Below, in pieces: positions 23,301-32,734 of a stretch of DNA of 37,401 bases; within the stretch, counting starts at the first letter, position 1; the number at the start of each line of letters is the position of its first letter. The DNA is taken from NCBI GenBank assembly GCA_046050405.1, contig JBJOPY010000186.1:1-37401 (forward strand). The letters are read 5' to 3'. Position numbers and translations under genes: made by a program. A model generated the notes under the pieces. That model was given only the letters and a program-made list of their open reading frames with translations. It ran no database searches and was not told the origin of the DNA. The DNA is from Bacteroidota bacterium. GTDB taxonomy: Bacteria; Bacteroidota; Bacteroidia; J057; JADKCL01.

Positions 23301-24182
23301 ATGAAAACGATACAACAATTCATTTCGAAGCATTTCCGGGCAATGGTGAGCGGAGCCCTGTGCATGTTCGCTTCCGCACCGCTTTTCGCAGCCGCTAAAC
23401 CCCCCGTGGTGTTCGACAACGGTTTCCTCCGGGACATCCGGATCTTGATCTACATCCTGATCTTGATCGCCCTGCTGGTTCTGTACATCGCCGTTGTGCT
23501 GAGCGTGAAGGATGTGAGCCGGCTCTCCATCAGGTACATCTGGGAGGGAATCATCGGCGGCAATGCGGCGGATCCTGACATGGGGCATGACTATGACGGC
23601 ATCCGGGAACTGGACAATCCGATGCCGGCCTGGCTGCGCTTCATCTTCGTCGGGACCATTGTCTTTGCCCTCGGTTACCTGGTGCATTTCCACCTCCTGA
23701 AGACCGGTCCCCTCAGCCGGGAGGAGTATGATATCGAGATGGCGACCGCAGCGGAGACCTACAAAAGCGTGGAATTGCCGGACGGCCAGCTCACCCTCGT
23801 GACGGATGCCGGGAGGTTGACGGCAGCCAAGGCGGTGTTCGTGGAGAACTGCGCCACCTGCCACCGCAAGGACATGGGCGGGGAATCCGGCCCGAACCTC
23901 ACGGATGCGTATTGGCTGCACGGCGGATCGGTCAAGGAGATCTACCATACCATCACCAATGGCGTCCCCGGGAAGTCGATGATTTCATGGAGGGACCGCA
24001 TCCCGTCCAGTGAACGCCTGGCCATCGCAAGCTACATCCTGTCCCTGCAAGGCTCCAATCCTGCCTCCCCTCGCGCCCCAGAGGGTGTCCTGGCAGGTGC
24101 AGGGCCTGCCCCTGCGGTGCCGGACTCCGCAGCCGCCGACACCTCCTCCGGCAAGGCGGGGGCAGCAGCCGTGCCCCGCTAG
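23301..24182 (+). CDS. ccoP: cbb3-type cytochrome c oxidase subunit III (CcoP-like), one CxxCH seen
   Basis: Start MKTIQQFISKHF... (ATG 23301). It has the N-terminal CcoP motif HDYDGIRELDNPMPAWL, a TM helix and the haem site ENCATCHRKDMGG. Confidence 0.8.
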   Translation: MKTIQQFISKHFRAMVSGALCMFASAPLFAAAKPPVVFDNGFLRDIRILIYILILIALLVLYIAVVLSVKDVSRLSIRYIWEGIIGGNAADPDMGHDYDGIRELDNPMPAWLRFIFVGTIVFALGYLVHFHLLKTGPLSREEYDIEMATAAETYKSVELPDGQLTLVTDAGRLTAAKAVFVENCATCHRKDMGGESGPNLTDAYWLHGGSVKEIYHTITNGVPGKSMISWRDRIPSSERLAIASYILSLQGSNPASPRAPEGVLAGAGPAPAVPDSAAADTSSGKAGAAAVPR

Positions 24183-24277
24183 CCGCATATCGGGATTCGG
24201 GGCCAGGATGCAGCTGAGATGCGTATATTGGCAACTGAGCCCCTCATTTTAGACCGGAATCGTCCTGTATACAGTGC

Positions 24278-25666
24278 TTGAAGATGGAATTCGAAGCCTT
24301 TAGAGATCAGCTTTACAACGTGGACACCTCGGGGCGTCGCGTCGGGTTTTTCCCTCGCAGGCCGAAGGGGCGCTTTTACAATGCGCGGACAGTCGTGAGC
24401 ATCGTCTTGCTGCTGGTCTTCTTCGGGATCCCATGGATCCAGGTGAACGGAAACCCGTTTTTCCTCCTGGATGTGATCCACCGGAAATTCATCCTCTTCG
24501 GTTTTACCTTCTGGCCCCAGGATTTCGCCCTCTTCGCCCTCTTCGCGGTCATCTTCTTTGTGTTCATCTTCTTCTTCACCACGGTGCTCGGGAGGATATG
24601 GTGCGGCTGGGCATGCCCGCAGACGATCTTCCTGGAGATGGTCTACCGCCGGATCGAGTTCTGGATCGAGGGCGATGCCGGCAGGCAGCGCAGGCTCAAG
24701 GCGCAGGCATGGAACTGGGAGAAAATCTGGAAAAGGGCATTGAAGCATGGCGTGTTTCTCTTGATCGCATTCTGGGTCAGCCACACGGTCATCGCATTCT
24801 TCATCGGCATGGATACCGTGCTGGGATATCTCAGGGATTCTCCCTCTGAGCACCCGCTGCTGTTCGCATTTGTCCTGGCCAATACGGGTGCCTTCTATTT
24901 TGTCTTCTCCTATTTCCGGGAGCAGGCATGCATCTACATGTGTCCCTATGGACGGCTGCAAGGCGTGATGATCGACCAGAGCACCCTCGCGATCAGCTAC
25001 GACCACGTGCGCGGCGAACCACGCGGAAAGCTCCAGAAAGGTGGCGGGGGAGGAGGAGACTGCATCGATTGCAAGCTCTGCATCGCCGTCTGTCCGACGG
25101 GAATCGACATCCGGAACGGCAATCAGCTGGAGTGCGTGAATTGTACGGCCTGCATCGACGCCTGTGACGAGGTGATGGACAAGGTCGGCAAGCCGCGAGG
25201 CCTCATCCGCTACGCGTCCCACCTGCAGATCCTCCGCCGCGCCAAATTCAGGCTCAACACGAGGGCCTACCTCTACCTCGGCGTCTTGACGGTTCTCGTG
25301 GGGGTTTTCATCAGCCTCCTCATCGGATCGGCAGACCTGAAGATGACCCTGCTGCGGGAACCTGGCTCCACCTATGCCACGACCACCTCCGGCAGCATCA
25401 CCAACCTGTACAGCCTGAATGTCGTGAACAGATCTGACCAGGATCGCCACCTGGAGTTCCGGCTGCACAACGCCCATGGAAAAGTCACCGTCCTGGGCGG
25501 GTCTGACCTGGAACTGAAGGCCGGGAAAGCCGCCACGGGGCAGGTATTGGTCGAGTTGACGCCCAGTGAAATCAAGGGGATGAGTTTCGACCTTGAAATC
25601 GATGCCCTGGAGGGCGGGAAGATCCTGAGAACCCTGAAAACCTCATTTATTGGCCCGATGCTATGA
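24278..25666 (+). CDS. ccoG: cytochrome c oxidase accessory protein CcoG/FixG (polyferredoxin)
   Basis: It has N-terminal TM helices, WCGWACPQT, CPYGRLQ, CIDCKLCIAVCPTGIDIR and CVNCTACIDACD. Confidence 0.88.
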   Translation: MKMEFEAFRDQLYNVDTSGRRVGFFPRRPKGRFYNARTVVSIVLLLVFFGIPWIQVNGNPFFLLDVIHRKFILFGFTFWPQDFALFALFAVIFFVFIFFFTTVLGRIWCGWACPQTIFLEMVYRRIEFWIEGDAGRQRRLKAQAWNWEKIWKRALKHGVFLLIAFWVSHTVIAFFIGMDTVLGYLRDSPSEHPLLFAFVLANTGAFYFVFSYFREQACIYMCPYGRLQGVMIDQSTLAISYDHVRGEPRGKLQKGGGGGGDCIDCKLCIAVCPTGIDIRNGNQLECVNCTACIDACDEVMDKVGKPRGLIRYASHLQILRRAKFRLNTRAYLYLGVLTVLVGVFISLLIGSADLKMTLLREPGSTYATTTSGSITNLYSLNVVNRSDQDRHLEFRLHNAHGKVTVLGGSDLELKAGKAATGQVLVELTPSEIKGMSFDLEIDALEGGKILRTLKTSFIGPML

Positions 25667-25670
25667 AACC

Positions 25671-26129
25671 ATGAGCGAAAAGAAAAGAGAATGGTGGCCG
25701 GTCGGGATCATCGCCGCCTTTGTACTCTTCATCGGAGGCGTACTCACGGCGGTGATGATCATGGTCAGGAACGATGTGCCCCTGACATCCGCCGACTACT
25801 ATGCGCGGGAGCTCGCCTACCAGGAACAGATCGACAAGTCCCGGCGTGGCCTGGCTCCCTCACAGAAGCCCGAAGTCAAGCCCCTGGCTGCCACCCAAGC
25901 CGTGGAGATTGTCTTCCCTGGCAGGAAAACTGCAAGCCAGTTCGAGGGGAAGGCCACCTTCTTCCGCCCATCCGACCCTTCCAAGGATTTCTCCCTGGCA
26001 TTGCAGCCGGACGAGGCTGGCCGCCAGTGGGTAGGCATGAGGGACCGCACGAAAGGGCTATGGCTTCTGCAGCTCGAGTGGAGTGAAAACGGCACCGCCT
26101 ATTATTACGAGGAACCCTTCCATCTCTGA
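25671..26129 (+). CDS. fixH: FixH family protein
   Basis: MSEKKREWWPVGIIAAFVLFIGGVLTAVMIMVRNDVPLTSADYYARELAYQEQID shows the typical FixH N-terminus, and the gene follows ccoG. Confidence 0.75.
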   Translation: MSEKKREWWPVGIIAAFVLFIGGVLTAVMIMVRNDVPLTSADYYARELAYQEQIDKSRRGLAPSQKPEVKPLAATQAVEIVFPGRKTASQFEGKATFFRPSDPSKDFSLALQPDEAGRQWVGMRDRTKGLWLLQLEWSENGTAYYYEEPFHL

Positions 26130-26132
26130 TCC

Positions 26133-26918
26133 ATGGTCGTCGCCTTTCTTACCGGCCTTTTCGGAAGCCTGCATTGCCTGGGGATGTGCGGGCCGATAGC
26201 GATTGCCCTGCCGGGTACGGCGCACCAGGGGCCAGGATACCTCTGGGGCAGACTCCTGTACAACCTTGGACGTTTGGTCACCTACAGCCTCATGGGAGGG
26301 ATGGTAGCCATGCTCGGGGTCGCTGCGGCCATGTTTGAGGTGCAGAGATGGTTCTCGCTGGCACTAGGGGCGGCCCTGATCCTCATGGCCCTGTGGCATT
26401 ACGGTGCATTCGGCAGGGGCAAGTGGGCAATTGACCAGTTCCTCTCGGTGGCTTGGCGGCATGCCATGGCAAGGGTGATGCGGCTGAAGGGTTCCGGTGG
26501 CTTGCTCGCCATCGGGCTGATGAATGGGCTCCTTCCCTGTGGTCTGGTCTATGCGGGACTGTTCATCGCCGCCAATTCCGACCATGCCTGGCAAGGGATG
26601 GCTAAAATGGCTGCTTTCGGACTGGGCACCCTTCCGATGATGCTCATGCTCAGCTGGTCGGGAAAGTGGCTGGTGTCACGGCTTCGCACCCATGCGCGGT
26701 GGGTGATGCCCGTGACGATGAGCTTCCTGGGTTTGATGTTCCTGCTGAGGGGAATGGCACTTGGGATTCCCTACCTGAGCCCGAAGCTGGAACAGGGGGA
26801 GGCCCCCGGGAAGATGAAAATGTCTTGCTGTGAAAAGATGCATGACGGCGCCCCGGATCCAGCGAAACCGTCCGTCGGATGCAGCGAGCCCGGGATGCCG
26901 CCCTCGGAAACCCCTTGA
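26133..26918 (+). CDS. TauE/SafE- or DsbD_2-like membrane protein commonly ending Bacteroidota cbb3 clusters
   Basis: MVVAFLTGLFGSLHCLGMCGPIAI... and LMNGLLPCGLVYAGL are polytopic, and the gene follows fixH by 3 nt. Confidence 0.65.
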   Translation: MVVAFLTGLFGSLHCLGMCGPIAIALPGTAHQGPGYLWGRLLYNLGRLVTYSLMGGMVAMLGVAAAMFEVQRWFSLALGAALILMALWHYGAFGRGKWAIDQFLSVAWRHAMARVMRLKGSGGLLAIGLMNGLLPCGLVYAGLFIAANSDHAWQGMAKMAAFGLGTLPMMLMLSWSGKWLVSRLRTHARWVMPVTMSFLGLMFLLRGMALGIPYLSPKLEQGEAPGKMKMSCCEKMHDGAPDPAKPSVGCSEPGMPPSETP

Positions 26919-26938
26919 ACGGAGGGATCTCGTTTCCT

Positions 26939-27532
26939 TCATTTGAAGGCTAGCTTGATCCCCACGCTGATGAACCTGCAGCGCCAGTACTTCCGGGTCA
27001 GCATCCAATTCCTGTTCATGTTTGTCAGGGAATAGTTCCATCTCAGGAAAGCACCGATGTGCGGGTTAAAAAAGGCAGTGGCACCCACGCTTCCCGAGAC
27101 ATTCCAGCGGTAGAACTGCGGCGACAGGTCCAGCCTCTGCGGCCCAAACCCTGATTTCGCGGCAAGCAATACATCGACGGACGGCCCCGCCTCCGCGAGG
27201 AGATGCCCGCCCTCACGGCTTCCCGATACCCGGTAACGCACCAGCCACGGGACGTCCAGGAAGGTCAGGCTGTATTGCTCATAGCCGAGGATGACCTCCC
27301 GGCTGCCGCGCTTCCCGAAACTGATTTCCGGCATCACCGAGAGGTGGTCTGTGATATCGTACCACGCGAAGCCTCCCAAGGCATAGCCTAGTTTGTTGTA
27401 GCCTCCCCAGCTGTCGCCGTCGATTTGACTGGCGATGCCAGTGGCCAGGATTCCGCCGCCCACATGCTGCGCAGGCATGCCACCCTGGAAGGCCAGCCAT
27501 AGGCACAGGGCCATCACCCGCTTGATTTCCAT
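26939..27532 (-). CDS. outer-membrane beta-barrel protein (PorT/OmpA-barrel-like)
   Basis: Internal start MEIKRVMALCLWLAFQGGMPAQ is a signal peptide. Alternating hydrophobic strands follow, with C-terminal ...FISVGIKLAFK. Confidence 0.55.
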   Translation of the reverse strand: MEIKRVMALCLWLAFQGGMPAQHVGGGILATGIASQIDGDSWGGYNKLGYALGGFAWYDITDHLSVMPEISFGKRGSREVILGYEQYSLTFLDVPWLVRYRVSGSREGGHLLAEAGPSVDVLLAAKSGFGPQRLDLSPQFYRWNVSGSVGATAFFNPHIGAFLRWNYSLTNMNRNWMLTRKYWRCRFISVGIKLAFK

Positions 27533-27656
27533 GCTCCAAAGATAATCCGCCGGCCGATGCCGCAGCGCAGGGAACGCCGGATCCGGAAAACATTCCCCGA
27601 ACATCGCGAGGCTCGCTAAAAAATTCTATCTTCGCCTTGAAGATGAATGAGGTTAC

Positions 27657-28430
27657 ATGTACATGAAGTGTCGGTTTACACCCAGCTTGTGGATGATGGC
27701 ATTGCTGCTGGCATTTGCAGCATGCAAATCCAGGAAGGACGCCCAGAAGACGCCAACGATCCGCACCATCCCTGACAGTGTGGCGGCCGCCTACCGCGAG
27801 GATGCGGCACGACTGACGGTGCGCGAGCTCTACAGAACCTCCCAACCCGTCGAAGACGATGCGGAGCTGCCCCAGGACCGTGTAGACTATTATTACGACC
27901 TATTGTCACGGGTCTACTGGATGTGCGTGGACAGCCCATCGATCCCTGACCTCACCGGAATCCACACCCTGAAGCGTCCAGATCTGCGGCAGGTGCGCGT
28001 GGTGCTGGACAAGGATTCTCCCTTCAAGGAAAACTGGAGCAAGGGAATCTTGCTCACCAGCAACCTCTACCTGAACCAGCTGATCGCCAAGCACGAGCTC
28101 ATGATCAAGAATTACCGCGAGACCCATGTGGGCCCCATGCTGATCCTGGAATCCCCGAATTACCTGAACACCCCGGAGCTGGCATTCTTGATCAAGAATT
28201 TCGAAACGGTACGGAGTGCAGAGCCGGAGGGAGCCTCCAGTGACGGCAATGACATCACCTGGGGGACGGATTCCAAGAATGCCATGTCACTGAAATACAG
28301 CATCGGGGCGATCAACTGTCAGAGCGACTGCATCCAGCGGAAGTATTGGATCTTTCATGTGTTGCCTGACAGCTCCATCCGGTACATGGGCACCCGTGGC
28401 ATGATTCCGAAGGAACTGGAGCCGAGGTAA
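27657..28430 (+). CDS. lipoprotein of unknown function
   Basis: MYMKCRFTPSLWMMALLLAFAACKSRKD contains a lipobox-like LAFAAC. No domain was recognised. Confidence 0.55.
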   Translation: MYMKCRFTPSLWMMALLLAFAACKSRKDAQKTPTIRTIPDSVAAAYREDAARLTVRELYRTSQPVEDDAELPQDRVDYYYDLLSRVYWMCVDSPSIPDLTGIHTLKRPDLRQVRVVLDKDSPFKENWSKGILLTSNLYLNQLIAKHELMIKNYRETHVGPMLILESPNYLNTPELAFLIKNFETVRSAEPEGASSDGNDITWGTDSKNAMSLKYSIGAINCQSDCIQRKYWIFHVLPDSSIRYMGTRGMIPKELEPR

Positions 28431-28556
28431 GATGATTCGGGTGGGTGGAAGTCCATGCGGTCAAGGGGGAGGCTATCGGACGTCATCTCCGTATGCCGGT
28501 CATTTCGAGGGAAAGGAGACCCCCATTTTGCTCTTGTACCTTGTTTGTCCCGCACA
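28390..28556. repeat. imperfect direct repeat, left copy (overlaps the 3' end of 27657..28430); partner 29764..29939
   Basis: gcacccgtggcatgattccga...gaggtaagatgattcgggt...ctccgtatgc...gctcttgtaccttgtt...cgcaca aligns with the right copy at roughly 70-75% by eye. Confidence 0.7.
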
Positions 28557-28610
28557 GCCAGAACAGCGAACCAACTTCAAATGGTCGATAAACTTTAAAA
28601 ATAGTGCATA

Positions 28611-29501
28611 ATGGAAAAGAAAATCATTGCGGTTGTTGGCGCGACGGGAAATCAAGGAAAAGGGGTGGTAGACGCCCTTGTCAAGGAAGGTTCATTTCTA
28701 GTAAGGGCCGTAACTAGACAACCAGACAACTATCATGGAAAAGCCCACGAGGCAGTAAAGGGTGATTTGAAAGATGCCGAATCATTGGTTGAATCCTTCC
28801 AGGGTGCCCATGGGGTATTTGTGGTAACTAATTTTTGGGAAGGTGCGGATGAAATAGCCCAAGGCAGGAATGCGATGGAGGCCGCAAAGAAGTCAGGGGT
28901 CAAACACTTTATATGGTCAACCCTTCCAAACGTTGAAGTGATGAGTGGCGGAAAATTTGACGTACCTCACTTTACTGGAAAGGCGAAGGTGGATGAGTTG
29001 GTCAAGGATGCTGGATTCGAGCATTACACCTTTGTGCAGGCGCCCTTCTATTTTCAGAACCTCGTAGGCATAATGGCGGCTCAAGGACAGCAGGATGGCA
29101 CGATGGGTTGGACGCTTCCAATCGATCCAGCGAAAAGAGTAATTCATATGGCAGACATTCATGACCTGGGAAAGGTGGTTGCCGGAGCATTTTTACATCC
29201 TGAGAAAGTAGGGAAAGGGAGTTATTTGTCATTGGCCTCTGAGTTGAATAGTTTCAATGACATTCTTGCAGCATTCAAGGAAAATGGCAAGGAATATAGC
29301 TTTCACCAGGTGCCGGCTGACGTATTCTCAGGATTCTTCGAAGGAGCAGGAGAGCTCGCACAAATGTTCGCGTATTTTGAAGCACATACCTACATGGGTG
29401 AGAATGCTGAGCCGAGGATACAGTTGGCGAAAGAAATCGCAACGGAGGAGTTGACATCGTTGCGTGATTGGATTCAACAAAACATAAAGCAATATGCCTA
29501 A
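28611..29501 (+). CDS. NmrA-family NAD(P)-binding protein
   Basis: MEKKIIAVVGATGNQGKGVVDALVKEG... is a Rossmann GxxGxxG of the NmrA type, and there are later matches (FIWSTLP, VPHFTGKA). The gene is visibly AT-richer than its neighbours. Confidence 0.8.
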   Translation: MEKKIIAVVGATGNQGKGVVDALVKEGSFLVRAVTRQPDNYHGKAHEAVKGDLKDAESLVESFQGAHGVFVVTNFWEGADEIAQGRNAMEAAKKSGVKHFIWSTLPNVEVMSGGKFDVPHFTGKAKVDELVKDAGFEHYTFVQAPFYFQNLVGIMAAQGQQDGTMGWTLPIDPAKRVIHMADIHDLGKVVAGAFLHPEKVGKGSYLSLASELNSFNDILAAFKENGKEYSFHQVPADVFSGFFEGAGELAQMFAYFEAHTYMGENAEPRIQLAKEIATEELTSLRDWIQQNIKQYA

Positions 29502-29763
29502 GGGGAACCTTTCCAGTCGTCATTGACTTGGGTTCCAGTGGCATATCGCAGCGACAGCGGAGCCGTTCAGGCAGTCGCATACCATGATGCCGCCACTGGA
29601 AACTGCCGCAGAAGTCGGTCAGGTAGTTTCTGCCGGGCCCGACACAGCATACGACACCTCGTGTCCATCCCTACCGGCAAAGTTTCCGACAGGCATGTTT
29701 TGTTTCCCTCGAGTAACCCCTTCAGGAGCCAAGTATTTTACACGGCTCCCCCAGGGTGCCTGT

Positions 29764-29939
29764 GCACCCGTGGCATGATTCCGAGGGGACGGGTGCCGAG
29801 GTAGGATGATTCGGGTATCTCGCATTCCATGCGATCAAGTGCGGGAGGGGAGACCTTCGGACGGCCTCTCCGTATGCAGGCGGTAGTTAGTGGGGGAGGA
29901 GGCGCCAAGTTCGCTCTTGCACCTTGTTGATCCTGCACA
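29764..29939. repeat. imperfect direct repeat, right copy; partner 28390..28556
   Basis: See the left copy. This copy carries a relic of the same C-terminal codons (CTRGMIPRGRVPR* versus GTRGMIPKELEPR*). Confidence 0.7.
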
Positions 29940-30038
29940 AGGGGTAATCCAGGCCGGGCTCGAACACTCGCGTGGAATGGCCAAGGACTTGATCTTTGCG
30001 TTTACTTTCATTAAGATTGAACATTTAGGACATCGGAA

Positions 30039-30590
30039 ATGAAAAACCTAACCAAAGGAAGCATATTGATCTCGGAGCCGTTCCTCAAGGATCCCAACTT
30101 CATCCGGTCTGTAGTGTTGCTCACCGAGCACAATCGCGAGGGATCCATCGGCTTCATCTTGAATAAACCAATCCGATACAAGCTCAACGAGGTCATCCAG
30201 GAGTTCCCCGCCTTTGATGCGACAGTGTACATGGGTGGGCCCGTCCAGCAGGATTCGCTGCACTTTATCCACAGGATAAGTTCCCTCGCGGAAGAGGGGG
30301 ATGAGGTCACCCCGGGAGTTTTCTGGGGGGGCGATTTTGAGAAACTCAAGCGAATGGTGCGGCTGGGGATCGTAAAATCCGAGGATGTTCGGTTTTTTGT
30401 AGGCTATTCAGGCTGGGGTCCCAGTCAGCTGGAGCAGGAAATGGAGATGAAATCCTGGATCATTGCGAGTCGCCCTGACGAATTCGCATTCGCACCGCGT
30501 GCAGAGTCATTGTGGGGGGAAATCCTTCAGAGGATGGGCGGCAGGTACAAGGCGATGGCTAACTATCCCGTGGATCCCTCTCAGAACTGA
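30039..30590 (+). CDS. YqgE/AlgH family protein (UPF0301)
   Basis: GSILISEPFLKDPNFIRSVVLLTEHNREGSIGFILNKP...GGPV...GYSGWGPSQLEQE is the family signature. Confidence 0.85.
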   Translation: MKNLTKGSILISEPFLKDPNFIRSVVLLTEHNREGSIGFILNKPIRYKLNEVIQEFPAFDATVYMGGPVQQDSLHFIHRISSLAEEGDEVTPGVFWGGDFEKLKRMVRLGIVKSEDVRFFVGYSGWGPSQLEQEMEMKSWIIASRPDEFAFAPRAESLWGEILQRMGGRYKAMANYPVDPSQN

Positions 30591-30702
30591 GGCAGCGTGG
30601 GGATCGATCTCCATATTCGATGGACTTCTGTGGATGACCCCGACACTGCGCCGTGAATCGAACCCTTGTTTTCTGCGCAAGCCTCCGTGTGGCGAGGCAG
30701 AA

Positions 30703-31953
30703 TCATTGGGTGCAGAATTGCGCCAATTGATCGGCTGCCCGGGGCTCATTGAGCATGCTCGCCTGCCGCCATGCGTCACACGCATCCTTGGTGTTACCAT
30801 TCTGGTGCCTGGCGATTCCCAAGCCAAGGAACGCCTCGCCTGATTGGGGGAAATCCTGGGTTGCTTTCACGAAATCGTCGATTGCATTCTGAACCTCCCA
30901 CAATGACAGGAAAACGTATCCCCTCCGGAGCCGGAGGCTTACATTCTGGGGATCCAGGGCCAGTGCTTGATTCAAATCAGGAAGGGCCTTCTTCGGCTTG
31001 CCGAATTTCTCCCATATACTTGCACGGTTGGCGTAGGCTTCCGTGATGACGCTGCTCCTTTTCAGCGATTTCCCATAGTACCGCTTGGCAGCCACCAGAT
31101 CCCCAAACTTCTCATTGCAAAACCCGCGCTTGTACCATAAAAGGGCATTTTGCTTGTCCTTTTTCACCACCAGGGCGTAGTCGGCGTCGGCATTGTAATA
31201 TTCTTCAGTCGCCATGTAGGCCTCAGCCCGGTAGTACCTGGCCTTGAGGTTGCCGGGGTTCATTGCCACCCCTGTCGTTGCATACTCGATGGCCTTCTGG
31301 TAATTTCCCTGCTGGAGCTGCGAGAGGCTGCTGAGTTCATACACGTGAGGGTATTCGGGGGCAAGTTGTTTGGCTGTCAGCAGATCCGCCATCGCCTCGT
31401 CGGCGTCCCCGTCCTCCAGCTTGACCTCTGCCAGCCCGACATAAGACATCGGAAAATCAGCGTTCAGGCGGATAGCCTCTTCATAGGCCTTCCGGGAAAG
31501 CGCATTGGAGTCCAGCTTTGCATGGGACTGTGCCAGTCCATACCATGCCTGCCAACATCGGCCATCCATCTGGATGGCCTTCTGAAACTCCCCGATGGAT
31601 TCCTGGTGATCGCCGGCAGCCTGGATGATTCTCGCTTTTCCTTCTCGGTACAGCACCTGGCCGGGCTGAAGCCGGATGGCCTTCTCCATGTCTTGCAAGG
31701 CCATGGGATACTTGGAAATGCAGCTGTAAGCCAGGCCCCGGCCATAGTAGGCCTCCGCATAGTCCTCCTTCAATGCGAGGGACTTGGTGAAATCGGCAAT
31801 CGCCATCTTGCAGGCCTGGCACCTGAACTTCGCTGTGCCGGTCAGGAAATAGTCTTTCGCAGTCATGTTTTGACCGGAAACAATCCCCAATGCTTGACTG
31901 AACCACCCAATCAAGCTACAGGCCACCCACATTTTTGCACCAACCTTCATCAT
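30703..31953 (-). CDS. tetratricopeptide-repeat protein with N-terminal signal/anchor
   Basis: Multiple AxxYYxRGxAY / AWYGLA TPR motifs occur throughout, and the N-terminus MMKVGAKMWVACSLIGWFSQALG is hydrophobic. Confidence 0.75.
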   Translation of the reverse strand: MMKVGAKMWVACSLIGWFSQALGIVSGQNMTAKDYFLTGTAKFRCQACKMAIADFTKSLALKEDYAEAYYGRGLAYSCISKYPMALQDMEKAIRLQPGQVLYREGKARIIQAAGDHQESIGEFQKAIQMDGRCWQAWYGLAQSHAKLDSNALSRKAYEEAIRLNADFPMSYVGLAEVKLEDGDADEAMADLLTAKQLAPEYPHVYELSSLSQLQQGNYQKAIEYATTGVAMNPGNLKARYYRAEAYMATEEYYNADADYALVVKKDKQNALLWYKRGFCNEKFGDLVAAKRYYGKSLKRSSVITEAYANRASIWEKFGKPKKALPDLNQALALDPQNVSLRLRRGYVFLSLWEVQNAIDDFVKATQDFPQSGEAFLGLGIARHQNGNTKDACDAWRQASMLNEPRAADQLAQFCTQ

Positions 31954-32158
31954 GACTCGCCAAATCCAATGGCCAAATTACTGAATTTTGACTTCGCCAT
32001 CGTCTGCACACGACGAGTGGGAACAACAGCCACTGCATAGGGGAGGTATTTTAATGGATTATGATTCAGCCGTTTGAGGTTGGTTCTGAAAAATTTCGCA
32101 TCCCCATGCAACGAATCTATGGGGACGATCATCTTAAGGGCGTAATTGGAAGCTTGGA

Positions 32159-32734
32159 GTGAAATTGTTCGGGAGACATACAGACGAGGAGCAAATGGTC
32201 AGAGGCTGTGTCAAGGGGCAGCAGGAGCACCAGGAGGCACTCTACCACCGATTCCATCGCAAGATGTTCGGTGTATGCCTCCGCTATGCTCCCGACCGTG
32301 AAACTGCCGAGGACATCCTGCAAGACGGCTTTGTCAAGGTGTTCAGAAACATAGGGAGCTACGCTGGGAAGGGTTCCCTCGAAGGCTGGATCAGGAGAGT
32401 GATGGTGAACACCGCCCTCGAATCGCTCCGAAAGCAATCGGCCATGTACCCGGTGGTGGACATCGGGGAAGTCGCGAATTCCGATGGCGGGTGGGATCTG
32501 ATCTCCCAGATAAACGAGCAGGACATCCTCCGATTGGTCCAGGCGCTGCCTGTGGGATACCGCACGGTCTTCAACCTCTATGCGATCGAAGGCTACTCTC
32601 ACAAGGAGATCAGCGAGCAGCTGAACATCTCGGAAGGAACCTCCAAATCACAGCTGGCCAGGGCAAGGCAGACGCTGCAAGAAAATATCCAAGGTCTAAT
32701 GCAAGAAAGTTATGGAGCAGCGCGACAGGTTTGA
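32159..32734 (+). CDS. ECF-type RNA polymerase sigma-70 factor (GTG start as in ORF track)
   Basis: Region 2 reads AEDILQDGFVKVFRNIGSY...GWIRRVMVNTAL. Region 4 reads GYSHKEISEQLNISEGTSKSQLARARQTLQ. Confidence 0.85.
   Translation: MKLFGRHTDEEQMVRGCVKGQQEHQEALYHRFHRKMFGVCLRYAPDRETAEDILQDGFVKVFRNIGSYAGKGSLEGWIRRVMVNTALESLRKQSAMYPVVDIGEVANSDGGWDLISQINEQDILRLVQALPVGYRTVFNLYAIEGYSHKEISEQLNISEGTSKSQLARARQTLQENIQGLMQESYGAARQV

Noticed and set aside
29523-29804. ORF 29523..29804(+), 93 aa, downstream of the NmrA-like gene.
   Set aside because: Only its last ~13 residues resemble anything (the C-terminus of the lipoprotein at 27657..28430), because it runs into the right repeat copy. The rest is compositionally odd. 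I interpret it as a relic, not a gene.
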